Assembly (NCBI GenBank): GCA_046290465.1
Contig: JBKAGP010000001.1
Location: forward strand, 3,552,001 to 3,616,000
Source: Planctomycetota bacterium
Lineage (GTDB): Bacteria > Planctomycetota > UBA1135 > UBA2386
Length of the DNA stretch: 64,000 nucleotides
Direction of reading: 5' to 3'
The translations under genes and the position numbers were made by a program. The notes under the pieces were generated by a model. That model ran no database searches. It had not been told where the DNA came from and saw nothing but the letters and a program-made list of their open reading frames with translations. This document shows positions 29,593-39,540 of the stretch, piece after piece; within the stretch, counting starts at the first letter, position 1, and every line of letters begins with the position of its first letter.

Positions 29593-32500
29593 ATGGAAGA
29601 TCTCCGCACAGACCCGCTGCTCGCCAAGACCACCGAGGTCAAGGGCTTCAAGGTGCTGCCGCCGTGCGTGCTCTACGCCCGCATCGGCGCCGGCGGCATG
29701 GGAGCGGTCTACCGCGGCCACCACCTCAACCTCGACATCGAGGTGGCGGTCAAGTGCCTGAAGCCCGGCCTCGTCGTCGACGACCCGACGTTTGTCGACC
29801 GCTTCAAGCGCGAGGGCCGCTCCGCGGCGCGCATCAACCACCAGAACGTGATCCGCGTGTTCGACGTCGCGGAGAACCTCGGCCTGCACTACCTGATCCT
29901 CGAATACGTGCAGGGCGAGACCGCGCGGCAGCGGGTCGAACGCAAGGGCCCGCTCGCGGTCCCCGAAGCGCTGCAGATCGTCTACGAGGCGTCGCTCGGC
30001 CTCGGCGAGGCGCACCGCATGGGGATCATCCACCGCGACATCAAGCCCGACAACCTGCTGATCTCGGTGCGCGGCCAGGTCAAGGTCGCCGACCTCGGCC
30101 TGGCCAAGCCTTCGATCGGCGGCGGCCAGTCGGTCGTGTCGATGGCGGGTCAGGTGATGGGCACGCCGCCCTACATGCCGCCCGAGCAGTGGGGCGAAGG
30201 AACGGTCACCAACGCGTCCGACGTCTGGGCGATGGGCGCGGTGCTCTACTACCTGCTGACGGCGCGCGAGGCGATCCAGGGCGACTCGCTCGCCAACATC
30301 ATGAGCCGCATCGTGCTGCAGGACTTCCCGGACGTGCGCGAACTGCGTCCGGACGTTCCGCACAGCGTCGCGGCGCTGATGGCCAAGGCCACGGCCAAGG
30401 ACGCGGGACAACGGTTCTTCGACGCCACCGAGCTGGCGCACGCGGTCGCCGAGTTGCCCGAACACCGCATCTCGCTGATCGACACCGACGCCGGTACGAC
30501 CGAGCTGCGCACGATGCTGTCCCCGCCGCCGATGCCGCAGCTCGACGAGATCAAGCAGCTGCTGCGCGAGGGCAAGGTCACGACGCGCAACCAGGCGGGG
30601 CCCAACGGCCCGGCCACGGACCGGACCGGCACGGACGGTACCGGCGGGAACGGCACCGACGAGCAAACGGCCGAACGGACCGGTGCGAGGTTTCGCTGGG
30701 CGATCGTGCTGCTGGTGCTCGTGCTCGGCGGCGGCGGGGCCACCGCATGGATCAACCGGGACGCGCTGTTCGGAACCTCGCGACCGTCGGACCCCGTCCC
30801 CAACCCGGCGCGACCGAGCGTCGACCCGCTCGCGCAAGCGCGCGAACTGCAGCAGCAGCAGCGCTTCGTCGCGGCGCTGGTCGCGGCGCGCACCGCCTTC
30901 GACGATGGCGACGTTGCCGAGGACCAGGTGCTGCTGTCGCAGCTGCGCGAGGGCAGCCGCGCGCAGCTCGCCACCGCGCTGCAGCAGCTCGCGCCGAAGG
31001 CGCCGGTGCCGCGCGACCAGCCGGTGCGCTTCGAAGGCCGCTACGACGGCCCGAAGATCGACGCGCTGCTGCTCGACGACGAGCCGGTCGAGCTGGTCGC
31101 CGGCAGCTTCGCCGCGACGCGCACGCCGCCGCCGAACGGCGCCATCGAACTGGCCGCGCGCATCACGCCGACGGACACCGTGCCGATCGCGACGTGGCAG
31201 GTGACGTTTGCACCGGCCGGCCGCGACGAGCCCGCCGCGGCACCGGTGCAGTTCGTCGGCGCGGTGACCACCGACCCCGCGCTCGGGCCGCGCAACACGA
31301 TCGGCCGGTTCCCGATCACGCTCGTGGGCCGCGCCAGCGAGCCGGATCTCGAACTGCTGCTCGGCGACCAGGTGCTGACCGCCGTGCAGTGGCAGCCCGA
31401 CGGCGCGTTCACGACCGGCATCCTGCTTGCCAGGGAAGGCCGCAACGACCTGCAGCTGACCGTGCGGCGCCCCGGCGAGTTCGACGGCGCCACGACCTCG
31501 CTCGAAGTCGTGCGCCTGATCGAGCCGCCGAACGCGCGGATCGTGAGCCCGGCTGCCGCGTCGATGTCGACCAACCGGACCCGGATCGACATCGAGGTCG
31601 AGGCAGACGAGTGGACCGACCAGGTGGTGGCCGTGCTGCGCGAGCAGCGCACGGCGCTGCAGCGCATCGACGGCGGCGAACGCTGGCAGACGCCCGCACC
31701 GATCGAGCTCGACGACGGCAACAACGCGTTGGTCGTCGAAGTTCGCAACCTGACCGGCAAGGTGCGTTCGCTGCCGCTCGACGTCACCTGCACGGCGCCG
31801 ACGCCGAAGATCACAGGCGTCGCGATCGAGGTCGGCGGCGAGCGTCGCACGGTGCAGCCCGGCGAACGCGTCTGCGTGAAGCAACGACCGGGACTCGAGG
31901 TCGCGATCGACGACCCGACCGCAAAGCTCGAGGTCGACGGAAACGCACGCGAGCGCCGGTTCCTGCTGTCCTCGGGCCAACCGGGCAAGGCCCGCTCGCT
32001 GCAACTCGTCGCGGTCCAGGGCAAGCGCCGTTCGAAGCCGTTCGGCCTGACGATCGTCGTCGACACCGAGAAGCCGACGCTGCGCGCCGACGCCGTGCCG
32101 CCGGCCGCGGCCGGCACCGAGGTCGTCGTGCGCGGCACCTGGTCCGACAACGTCGGGGTGCGTTCGATCGGCGCGATCGGTGGCGACGCTCCGAAGGCGA
32201 AGGTCACCCGCGACACGCCGCGCAGCGGCAGCTTCGAACTGCGCCTGACCGTCGGCGGGCAGAGCCGCAAGGTGCCGCTGCTGATCGAGGACGAGGCCGG
32301 CAACACGACGCAGACGCTGGTGACGATCGCGACCGCCACCGCGAGCCCGGTCGTGGTCGAGCCCGACCGGCCGACGCTCGCGCGCACGATCGACGCCGGC
32401 CAGTTCGAGGCGATCGGCGCGCTCAACCGCGCCGGCTACCCGAAGGCGCTCCGGCACAAGGCCACGCGCATCGAGCTGCTGGCGGTCGACCTGCCGGACG

Positions 32501-32850
32501 ACGGCGCGCCAACGCTCTACGTCGGTCGCGAGGTCGTCAGCGACGTGCAGTGGAACGGCGACGGCGACGGCAGCAACCAGGGCAGCCTGACCTGGCTGGA
32601 CGTCAACTCGAGGCTGCGCGAAGCGCGCTTCGCCGGCCTGCGCCTGCCCACCAAGCAGGAGTGGCAGCGCATCCGTTCTGCCAACGTCTCAGGCATCAAG
32701 ATCGGCGGCGCCCGCGAGTGGCTCGCCCAGTCGCCCGACGAGAGCGTCGACATGCGCCCCCTGTGGGACGGCAGGCAGGTGACCGCCGCCAAGCTACGCT
32801 TCTCCGACAGCTACACCGGCTTCCGCGTCGTCTTCGCCCCCACCCGCTGA
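29593..32850 (+). CDS. Membrane Ser/Thr protein kinase with extracellular Ig-like repeats and degenerate FGE-sulfatase-like C-terminus
   Basis: GAGGMG, VAVK, HRDIKPDN, DLG, GTPPYMPPEQ; TM WAIVLLVLVLGGG; C-terminal RLPTKQEW..REW..GFRV. Confidence 0.9.
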   Translation: MEDLRTDPLLAKTTEVKGFKVLPPCVLYARIGAGGMGAVYRGHHLNLDIEVAVKCLKPGLVVDDPTFVDRFKREGRSAARINHQNVIRVFDVAENLGLHYLILEYVQGETARQRVERKGPLAVPEALQIVYEASLGLGEAHRMGIIHRDIKPDNLLISVRGQVKVADLGLAKPSIGGGQSVVSMAGQVMGTPPYMPPEQWGEGTVTNASDVWAMGAVLYYLLTAREAIQGDSLANIMSRIVLQDFPDVRELRPDVPHSVAALMAKATAKDAGQRFFDATELAHAVAELPEHRISLIDTDAGTTELRTMLSPPPMPQLDEIKQLLREGKVTTRNQAGPNGPATDRTGTDGTGGNGTDEQTAERTGARFRWAIVLLVLVLGGGGATAWINRDALFGTSRPSDPVPNPARPSVDPLAQARELQQQQRFVAALVAARTAFDDGDVAEDQVLLSQLREGSRAQLATALQQLAPKAPVPRDQPVRFEGRYDGPKIDALLLDDEPVELVAGSFAATRTPPPNGAIELAARITPTDTVPIATWQVTFAPAGRDEPAAAPVQFVGAVTTDPALGPRNTIGRFPITLVGRASEPDLELLLGDQVLTAVQWQPDGAFTTGILLAREGRNDLQLTVRRPGEFDGATTSLEVVRLIEPPNARIVSPAAASMSTNRTRIDIEVEADEWTDQVVAVLREQRTALQRIDGGERWQTPAPIELDDGNNALVVEVRNLTGKVRSLPLDVTCTAPTPKITGVAIEVGGERRTVQPGERVCVKQRPGLEVAIDDPTAKLEVDGNARERRFLLSSGQPGKARSLQLVAVQGKRRSKPFGLTIVVDTEKPTLRADAVPPAAAGTEVVVRGTWSDNVGVRSIGAIGGDAPKAKVTRDTPRSGSFELRLTVGGQSRKVPLLIEDEAGNTTQTLVTIATATASPVVVEPDRPTLARTIDAGQFEAIGALNRAGYPKALRHKATRIELLAVDLPDDGAPTLYVGREVVSDVQWNGDGDGSNQGSLTWLDVNSRLREARFAGLRLPTKQEWQRIRSANVSGIKIGGAREWLAQSPDESVDMRPLWDGRQVTAAKLRFSDSYTGFRVVFAPTR

Positions 32851-32875
32851 AGGCCACCGAACGACCAGCCACCAA

Positions 32876-32975
32876 CCACCGCATACCGAACCGGGTTCAT
32901 CCTGCGCCACTTGCCGCGCCTTGCGCGCAAGGCGCGGCAAGTGGCGCAGGATGAACCCGGTTCGGTATGCGGTGG
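32876..32975. repeat. Perfect 100-bp palindrome with no spacer
   Basis: Checked base by base: 32876-32925 is the exact reverse complement of 32926-32975. Confidence 0.95.
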
Positions 32976-32977
32976 GG

Positions 32978-33880
32978 TCAGAAGCGCACGCCGGCGGTCA
33001 GCATGACGCCGTTCCAGTCGTCGTCGACGCCGAAGAAGACCGCGTTGTTGTAGGTCTCGGTCGTGCCGACGTGGTACTTGCTGCCGACGTAGCTGAGGCT
33101 CGTCAGCAGGCCGAACGCGAAGCGGTAGCGGACGCCGAACTCGTAGTCGAGCGTGAAGGAGTAGCCCTCTTCGCTGTCGACGTTGTCCTCGACGTCGGTC
33201 GCGCCGGCACCGGCGGCGATCTCGGCGAACACCGACAGCTCGCTGATCTTGCCGTCGTGGTTGTTCTGCATCAGGATGACCTCGGGCTCCGCGGACAGCC
33301 GCACGCCCACCGTCGTGCGCTCGATCGCGCCATCGGTGAACCCGGCGTTGTCCTGCTCCGTCATCCGCATGAACGGTCCGAAGCGCACCGGCAGGCGGAA
33401 GTCGTCGTCCATCGTCGCGCGGAACGTCGCCGCGAGGAACAGACCCGAGCTGTCGTACGACGAGTCCGTCGCCCCCAGGTCCTCGTCGATGTCGTCCGCC
33501 AGCCCGAGGAAGCCCTCCGCGAAGATGCCGAAGCCCGACTGGAAGAAGTGCTCACCGCGCAGACGGAATCGCTGCGACGACGCGCTGCGCGCGGTCACCG
33601 GCGGGGTGCCGAGCGGATTGCCGGTGTTGACCTCGAGGGTCTGGTCGCCGATGCCGAGCCCGAACGTCACCATCGTGCGCGGGTGGATCTGGTCGATGTC
33701 GGGCAGCGCGTCCTGCGGCGGCGCTGCGACGTTGGCCAGCGGCGTCGGGCTCGCGGCGAACGAGGCCGGCTCGGTCGCCCAGCCCGCGGCGCGATGGCCG
33801 GGTGCTGCGCAGCTCGCCATCAGGGCGGCGAGGGCGAGGAGAGACGTAGGGAGAAGACGGTTCGATGCGGTTGGGTGCAT
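32978..33880 (-). CDS. Outer-membrane beta-barrel-like protein with lipoprotein-type signal
   Basis: MASC lipobox-like motif; alternating amphipathic strands; terminal LTAGVRF beta-signal. Confidence 0.75.
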   Translation of the reverse strand: MHPTASNRLLPTSLLALAALMASCAAPGHRAAGWATEPASFAASPTPLANVAAPPQDALPDIDQIHPRTMVTFGLGIGDQTLEVNTGNPLGTPPVTARSASSQRFRLRGEHFFQSGFGIFAEGFLGLADDIDEDLGATDSSYDSSGLFLAATFRATMDDDFRLPVRFGPFMRMTEQDNAGFTDGAIERTTVGVRLSAEPEVILMQNNHDGKISELSVFAEIAAGAGATDVEDNVDSEEGYSFTLDYEFGVRYRFAFGLLTSLSYVGSKYHVGTTETYNNAVFFGVDDDWNGVMLTAGVRF

Positions 33881-33944
33881 GTCTCGGATCCGGATGCGAA
33901 GGCGTGGCGCGCACGAGTCTAGGCACCCGCCCGCCGGTTCTCCG

Positions 33945-34919
33945 TCACCCGTGATGGTTTTCGCGCAGGCAACGGCGCCCGGATCGTCGCGTTGCAGCGA
34001 GACATGCAACCGCGATGTAACCCGTCGCGACCGACGCACCGAGCGCCCACGACCAATCCTCGTCGGGCCACCAGATCGTGAGCGGCCAGAACACCAGCAC
34101 CAGGTGCGCGAGGTAGTGCTGCAGCGACCAGCGACCGACCACCGCGAGGATCCGAGACCGCAGCCGCAGCAGGTAGAGCGACGCGATCGACGCACAGGCA
34201 GCGCCACCCCACAGCAGCACGAACGGCAGCGAGGTCGGCTGCCAGGTGACGTCGAGGTGCGCCGCGACACCACCCGCCTCGGCATCGCCCCAGCGATCGC
34301 ACACCAGCGCGGCGAGCATCGCCACGAGCCCCACCACCAGCCAGGCGCACAGCGCGCGCCGCGACCAACGCGCGCGACCGAGCCGCAGACCGAGCAGCGG
34401 AAACGCCAGCCAGGGCAACAACGGGTAGGCGCCGTGCAGCACGAAGTAGCGCAGCGTGTGCATGCCCAGCGAGTGGTTCGCCTCGTGCGTGCCGTCGGCG
34501 CGGATCTCGGTCCACGCAAAGCCACCCCACGACGCGGTCGCCCACGGCACCGCACCCAGCAGCGCCGACAACACCAACCACGTCACCTGCGGCCGCCCGC
34601 GCAGCAGGGCGACGACCGGCAGCATGCAGGCGATCGGGATCAGGATGTCGTTGGGCCAGACCCACACCCAGAACGGCAGCCCGAGCAGCACCAAAGACGC
34701 GGCGCGCCGCACCACCGCGCGCAAGTTCCGTTCGCCGCCGGCCGCGGCGCTGACCCCGACCAGCATCGTGAACATCGCGGCCGGCAGCGCGTCGAATGCC
34801 CACACCGAAGTCCACGGTCCGTCGTCGGGCACGAAGTGCACCCAGACCATCAGCAGCACCGCCAGCCCGCGCGCGGCGTCGAGGGTCTCGTCACGGCGCG
34901 ATGCGGGCGCGGCGTCCAT
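33945..34919 (-). CDS. DUF418/DUF1624 (HGSNAT-like) multi-TM acyltransferase-like protein
   Basis: LDAARGLAVLLMVWVH, YPLLPW and GRWSLQHYLAH motifs; many TM helices. Confidence 0.75.
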   Translation of the reverse strand: MDAAPASRRDETLDAARGLAVLLMVWVHFVPDDGPWTSVWAFDALPAAMFTMLVGVSAAAGGERNLRAVVRRAASLVLLGLPFWVWVWPNDILIPIACMLPVVALLRGRPQVTWLVLSALLGAVPWATASWGGFAWTEIRADGTHEANHSLGMHTLRYFVLHGAYPLLPWLAFPLLGLRLGRARWSRRALCAWLVVGLVAMLAALVCDRWGDAEAGGVAAHLDVTWQPTSLPFVLLWGGAACASIASLYLLRLRSRILAVVGRWSLQHYLAHLVLVFWPLTIWWPDEDWSWALGASVATGYIAVACLAATRRSGRRCLRENHHG

Positions 34920-34929
34920 CGCGGCAAGG

Positions 34930-37900
34930 CTACGTGATCTCGTCGGTCGGCGCGCCGGCGTAGCGGCGGGCCGGCAACAGGCGTTCGCGCTTCATGACGA
35001 CGCTGTGCGGCATCACGTGCGCGTCGTCGCCGACGTCCGCGCCGTAGAGCACGACGGCGCCGCGACCGACCGTGCAGCGCGCGCCGAGGCGGACGCGATC
35101 GATCTTGAGCACGCGATCCTCGAAGCTGTGCGCCTGGAACAGCGCGTGCACCGTGGCGCCGTCCTCGATCGTGATCATGTCCGGATCGACGACCTGCGCG
35201 AAGCCGTCGCCGAGCACGCAGCGACGGCCGATGCGCATGCCCATCGCGCGCAGGTACCACGGCAGCAGCAGCGTGCCTTCGAGCGGCGTCAGCAGCGCGC
35301 GCCCATAGCGTTGCCACATCACGTAGTGGAAGTCCCAGCGGCTCGCCCAGCACGACCACAGCCCGTGCTGCCCCGGCCGGACACGACCGAGCAGCAGCCA
35401 CTTGGTCCCCAGCACCACCGCGGCCAGCGCCGCCGCGGCGGTAGCCGTCGCCGCGAGCACGCCGCCGAAGCCCCACGCGGCAAACGCGTCGAACCACCAC
35501 AGCGCCAGCGCCGTCGGCAACGCCGGCAGCGCGAACCGCAGCGCCTCCCAGAACAGCCGGTTGACGACCCGCAGCGGCCCCGGTTCGTAGGTCAGGCGAC
35601 GGTCGACGGCGACGACCTCGCGCTGCGGCAGCGAAAACGCAGGGTGGCCGAACCACGACGATCCGGCGCGCATCGTCGCGTCGTCCGCGACCGTGCTGAT
35701 GCCGAGCAACAGGTCGTCCGGCAGGCGTTGGCCCTGTTCGACGACCACGTGGTTGCCGACGAACGTCCGCGCACCGAGCGACGTCGAGCCGACCGTCACC
35801 AGCCCCTGGTGGATGCGCGGCACGCCGAGGTAGACGCCGTCGGCCAAGAACGAATGGCCGCCCAGCGACGTGCGTTCGGGCAGCACGTCGTGGATCGAAC
35901 TGACCTCGACGTCGTGCGCCACCCGCATGCCCGCCAGCCGCAGCCAGCGCGGCCAGAACAACGTGCCCGACAGCCACTCGCCGGCGTCCTCGAGCCACCG
36001 CATGCGCACCGTCATCCACCAGTGCCGCAGCGACCAGCGCGAGAACGTTCCTTCGGCCACGCCCGGCAGCAGACGCAGCAGCAGCGCGATCTGCAGCACG
36101 CCGAGCGGCACCGCCAGCAGCGACGCCGCCACCAACCAACCGAACAGCGCCGGCGTCGACGACGGCCCGTCGACGAGCAACCACTGGCGCACCGCGGCGC
36201 CGTCGACGGCGAACGTGTCGGCCAGCAGCCAGGCAACCAGCGCCCACGGCAGCCAGACCAGCGCCGAGCCGAACAGTCGCAGCGCCAGCACCGCGATCGA
36301 ATAGCGCCACGCGCGGCCCGCGCCGGCTCGCGGCGCCCGCGGCGCCTGCCCGACCGTCTCGGCGGGCACCCCGTCGACGACGTGGCCCGCCGCGACGCGC
36401 ATCCCCGACGGAACGAACGTCAGCGGCCGCACGATCGCACCGGCGCCGACCTCGGCGTCCGGGCCGATGCCCGAACGCGCCTCCAGCGTCGCGCCGGCAC
36501 CGATCCGCACCGCCCCGACCACCAACTCGCCGTCGTCGAGTTCGCAGGTGCCGAGCTCGACGTCGCGGCCGAGCGTCACGTCGTCACCGAGGTCGAGCAA
36601 GTCCCAGCCGCCGTCGTGCAGCGCGACGCCGCGGTGCACGTGCACGCGCCGGCCGACGCGCGCGCCGAGCAGGCGCAGCACGACCGACTGCAGTTCGGTG
36701 CCCTCGAGCCAACCCCACGGCACCAGCTGCGCCAGCCGCGCCACGATCCAGTGGCGCAACCGCATTGCGCTCCACGCGGACACGCGGCCCGGCCGGTAGC
36801 GGCCGATCAGCGTCCACTTCGCCACCACCGCGGCGACGACCCCGAGAGCGCCGAACGCGACCCGCGTCACCGGCACGAGCCAGGGCAACGCGAACAGCAC
36901 CACCACCAGCGGCAGCGACAGCAGCCACGGCAGCAGCCAGGCGGCAAGGCCCCACATCGCTCCCGACGCCGCCAGCAGCAGCCCGGACAGAAACAGCACC
37001 TGCACCAGCGAGAACGCCGCGAGGCTGCCCTGCGCCGAACCGTGCGTCGAAGCATCCACCGAGCGGTCGACGCCACTGCCTGCGCGCGTGCCGACGGCCG
37101 CGAGCAGCCCGGCGACGGTCGGCGTCCGGTAGACGTCGCGCACCGCGACGGCCTGCAGCGCCCGGTGATCGCGCAGCCGCGACACCAGCATCGCCGCGCG
37201 CAGCGAGTTGCCGCCGCACGCGAAGAAGTCGTCGTCGTCCGCGAGCCGCTCGGCGGGCAGACCGAGCACTTCGCCAAAGCCGCGACGCAGCGCGGCGTGG
37301 GCCGTGCCGTCGTCGACGAACGTGTCGGCGACCGCCGTGACCTCGATCGGCGGCAGCTGCTTGCGCGAGACCTTGCCGCCGACGGTGCGCGGCAGGCTGC
37401 GCAGCCAGGCGAAGTGCGCCGGCACCATGTAGGCCGGCAGCTCGCTCGCGACGGCCTGCGTCAGCGCTGCGACCTCGGGGCGCGCGGCGTCGTCGGCCGG
37501 CACCACGTGCGCGACCAGGAAGCGCTCGGGTTCGTTGCCCTGCACGGCCAGCGCGACCTCGCGCACGCCGGGGCAGCGCGCCAGCACCGTTTCGATCGCC
37601 TCGAGCTCGATGCGATAGCCGCGCACCTTGACCTGCGCGTCGATCCGGCCGTGGTAGTGCAGCCGGCCCCGTTGGTCGACCGTGACCAGGTCCCCGGTGC
37701 GGTAGACGCGGCCGATGCCGGGCAGCGTCGGGAAGCGCTGCTCGGTCAGTTCGTCGAGCCCGAGATAGCCGCGCGCCAGCCCCGGCCCGGCGATGCACAG
37801 CTCCCCGGGCCACCCGGGTGGGACCGGCTGCAGCTGCTCGTCGAGCACGTGCGCGACGTGCGGCGGAACCGGCGCGCCGATCGTGACCGGCTCGCCGGGT

Positions 37901-38838
37901 AGTACCTGCCCGCGCACGACCGTGACCGTGCACTCGGTCGGCCCGTAGCCGTTCTCGAGTCGCAGCGCGCCGCCCCAGACCTCGGCCAGGTCGTCGGACA
38001 GCGACTCGCCGCCGACGTAGCACATGCGCAGCTCGGGCAGTTCGTCACGCGGCGAACGGCAGGCCATCGTGCGCAGCAGCGTCGGCGGTGGGCACAGGAT
38101 CGTGACGCGTTCGCGCCGTAGCCACGCGACCAGGTCCGGGCCGGACCGCACCGTCACGTCGTCCATCACGACGAGCGCCGCACCCGCGGCCAACGCCAGC
38201 CAGATCTCCTCGACCGACGAGTCGTAGGCCGGCGAACTGTTCTGCGACATCCGGTCGGTCGGCGACATCGCGAACCGCTGCAGGCCCTGCTCGATCAGGT
38301 TGACGACGCCGCGGTGCTCGACCAACACGCCCTTCGGCTTGCCGGTCGTGCCCGACGTGTAGATCGCATAGGCGAGGCTGCGTTCGGTGGACCACGCCGG
38401 CAGCGGCGCCGGCGCCCCCTGCAGCGGAGCGACCTCGTCGCAGGCCTCCGGCACGACGAACACCGGCACGCCGAAGCCGTCGAACCGCGCCCGCGAGGCT
38501 GCGTCGGTGATCACGCACACCGCGGCCGTGTCGCGCACAACGTGCGCGACGTGCGCATCCGGAAAGCCGCCGTCGAGACAGACGTGCGCCGCGCCGGCCC
38601 ACAGCACGCCGAGCTGCGCCGCGTAGAGCCACGGCGTCTCCCGCGGCAGCAGCACCACGACCATCGCCTCGCGGTCGACGTGCCCGAGCAGTTCGCGCCG
38701 CACGCGGTCGGCCATCGCGCACAGCTGCGCGTAGCGGACCTGTCGCCGTTCTGGCCGGTCCACGCCCGGCGGCACCTCGACCGCCAGCCGCTCGCCGTGC
38801 CGCGCGACACTTCGCAGGAACAGATCCGTCAGCAGCAT
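34930..38838 (-). CDS. Pls/PosA-like single-module membrane NRPS (A-T-TM plus three hexapeptide-repeat domains)
   Basis: A-domain cores YTSGTTGKPKG, NGYGPTE, YRTGD, GRIDAQVKVRGYRIEL, GGKV; T-domain FFACGGNSL; three TM-flanked units with LRLLGARVG, LRLAGMRVA and LRAMGMRIG; about 1300 aa, like Streptomyces Pls. Confidence 0.9.
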   Translation of the reverse strand: MLLTDLFLRSVARHGERLAVEVPPGVDRPERRQVRYAQLCAMADRVRRELLGHVDREAMVVVLLPRETPWLYAAQLGVLWAGAAHVCLDGGFPDAHVAHVVRDTAAVCVITDAASRARFDGFGVPVFVVPEACDEVAPLQGAPAPLPAWSTERSLAYAIYTSGTTGKPKGVLVEHRGVVNLIEQGLQRFAMSPTDRMSQNSSPAYDSSVEEIWLALAAGAALVVMDDVTVRSGPDLVAWLRRERVTILCPPPTLLRTMACRSPRDELPELRMCYVGGESLSDDLAEVWGGALRLENGYGPTECTVTVVRGQVLPGEPVTIGAPVPPHVAHVLDEQLQPVPPGWPGELCIAGPGLARGYLGLDELTEQRFPTLPGIGRVYRTGDLVTVDQRGRLHYHGRIDAQVKVRGYRIELEAIETVLARCPGVREVALAVQGNEPERFLVAHVVPADDAARPEVAALTQAVASELPAYMVPAHFAWLRSLPRTVGGKVSRKQLPPIEVTAVADTFVDDGTAHAALRRGFGEVLGLPAERLADDDDFFACGGNSLRAAMLVSRLRDHRALQAVAVRDVYRTPTVAGLLAAVGTRAGSGVDRSVDASTHGSAQGSLAAFSLVQVLFLSGLLLAASGAMWGLAAWLLPWLLSLPLVVVLFALPWLVPVTRVAFGALGVVAAVVAKWTLIGRYRPGRVSAWSAMRLRHWIVARLAQLVPWGWLEGTELQSVVLRLLGARVGRRVHVHRGVALHDGGWDLLDLGDDVTLGRDVELGTCELDDGELVVGAVRIGAGATLEARSGIGPDAEVGAGAIVRPLTFVPSGMRVAAGHVVDGVPAETVGQAPRAPRAGAGRAWRYSIAVLALRLFGSALVWLPWALVAWLLADTFAVDGAAVRQWLLVDGPSSTPALFGWLVAASLLAVPLGVLQIALLLRLLPGVAEGTFSRWSLRHWWMTVRMRWLEDAGEWLSGTLFWPRWLRLAGMRVAHDVEVSSIHDVLPERTSLGGHSFLADGVYLGVPRIHQGLVTVGSTSLGARTFVGNHVVVEQGQRLPDDLLLGISTVADDATMRAGSSWFGHPAFSLPQREVVAVDRRLTYEPGPLRVVNRLFWEALRFALPALPTALALWWFDAFAAWGFGGVLAATATAAAALAAVVLGTKWLLLGRVRPGQHGLWSCWASRWDFHYVMWQRYGRALLTPLEGTLLLPWYLRAMGMRIGRRCVLGDGFAQVVDPDMITIEDGATVHALFQAHSFEDRVLKIDRVRLGARCTVGRGAVVLYGADVGDDAHVMPHSVVMKRERLLPARRYAGAPTDEIT

Positions 38839-38884
38839 GGGCAACCGCGCGCATCATGGACCGCGACGACGTCCGCCGCCACGA

Positions 38885-39388
38885 TCACGCCTGCTGCAGC
38901 ATCGCCAGCACGTGCGACGACGCCAGCGGCAACACCCGACGCCGGACTTCGTCGTCGAGATGACGGAACCCGCGGATGAAGCCACGGCAGTCCACGGCGC
39001 CACAACCACACGCGAACGGTTCGGCCATGTCCCACTCGTTGGACTCGTAGTCGAACGTCACCTGTTCGCCCGCCCGGATCGCGCGGTTGGCGACCAGCGT
39101 GCGCTCGTGCAGCACCGCGTTGGGAGAGCACGCGTGGTTGAGGAAGCGCCACACGTAGCGATTGGCCCGCCCCTTCGGATCGACGTCGTGCGGCGCGTCG
39201 ACGTGACGACCGACCCCGACCTGCACCGAGTAACGCGTCGGCCGACGATAGATCTCGCCGTCGAGATAGAGGATCGCGCCACCGGCCGCGACGTCGACCG
39301 CGGCGACCAATGCCAACTCGCCATCGCGCTCGGTGACGCGCACGCGGCAGGCTGGATCGGCCGTCCGGGGATGCTCGAGGGGTTCCAT
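38885..39388 (-). CDS. SET-domain N-methyltransferase with post-SET Zn motif
   Basis: RFLNHACSPN, IRAGEQVTFDY, post-SET FACGCGAVDCRG. Confidence 0.9.
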   Translation of the reverse strand: MEPLEHPRTADPACRVRVTERDGELALVAAVDVAAGGAILYLDGEIYRRPTRYSVQVGVGRHVDAPHDVDPKGRANRYVWRFLNHACSPNAVLHERTLVANRAIRAGEQVTFDYESNEWDMAEPFACGCGAVDCRGFIRGFRHLDDEVRRRVLPLASSHVLAMLQQA

Positions 39389-39540
39389 GGCCAACGGTTG
39401 CCTGCCCGGCCCCGCGAGGGGACGCAAGAAACCGGCGATACGAACATCGACCCCCTACGAGAACCCGGCCCGACGCACACCAGCGTCGCGATGGCAACGG
39501 GCGCACGGCTACAATCCGCGCCAACTCGCCTCGCTCATCC

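Noticed and set aside
29593..32850. Diversity-generating retroelement targeting the kinase C-terminus
   Set aside because: No reverse transcriptase or template/variable repeat pair seen in the window.
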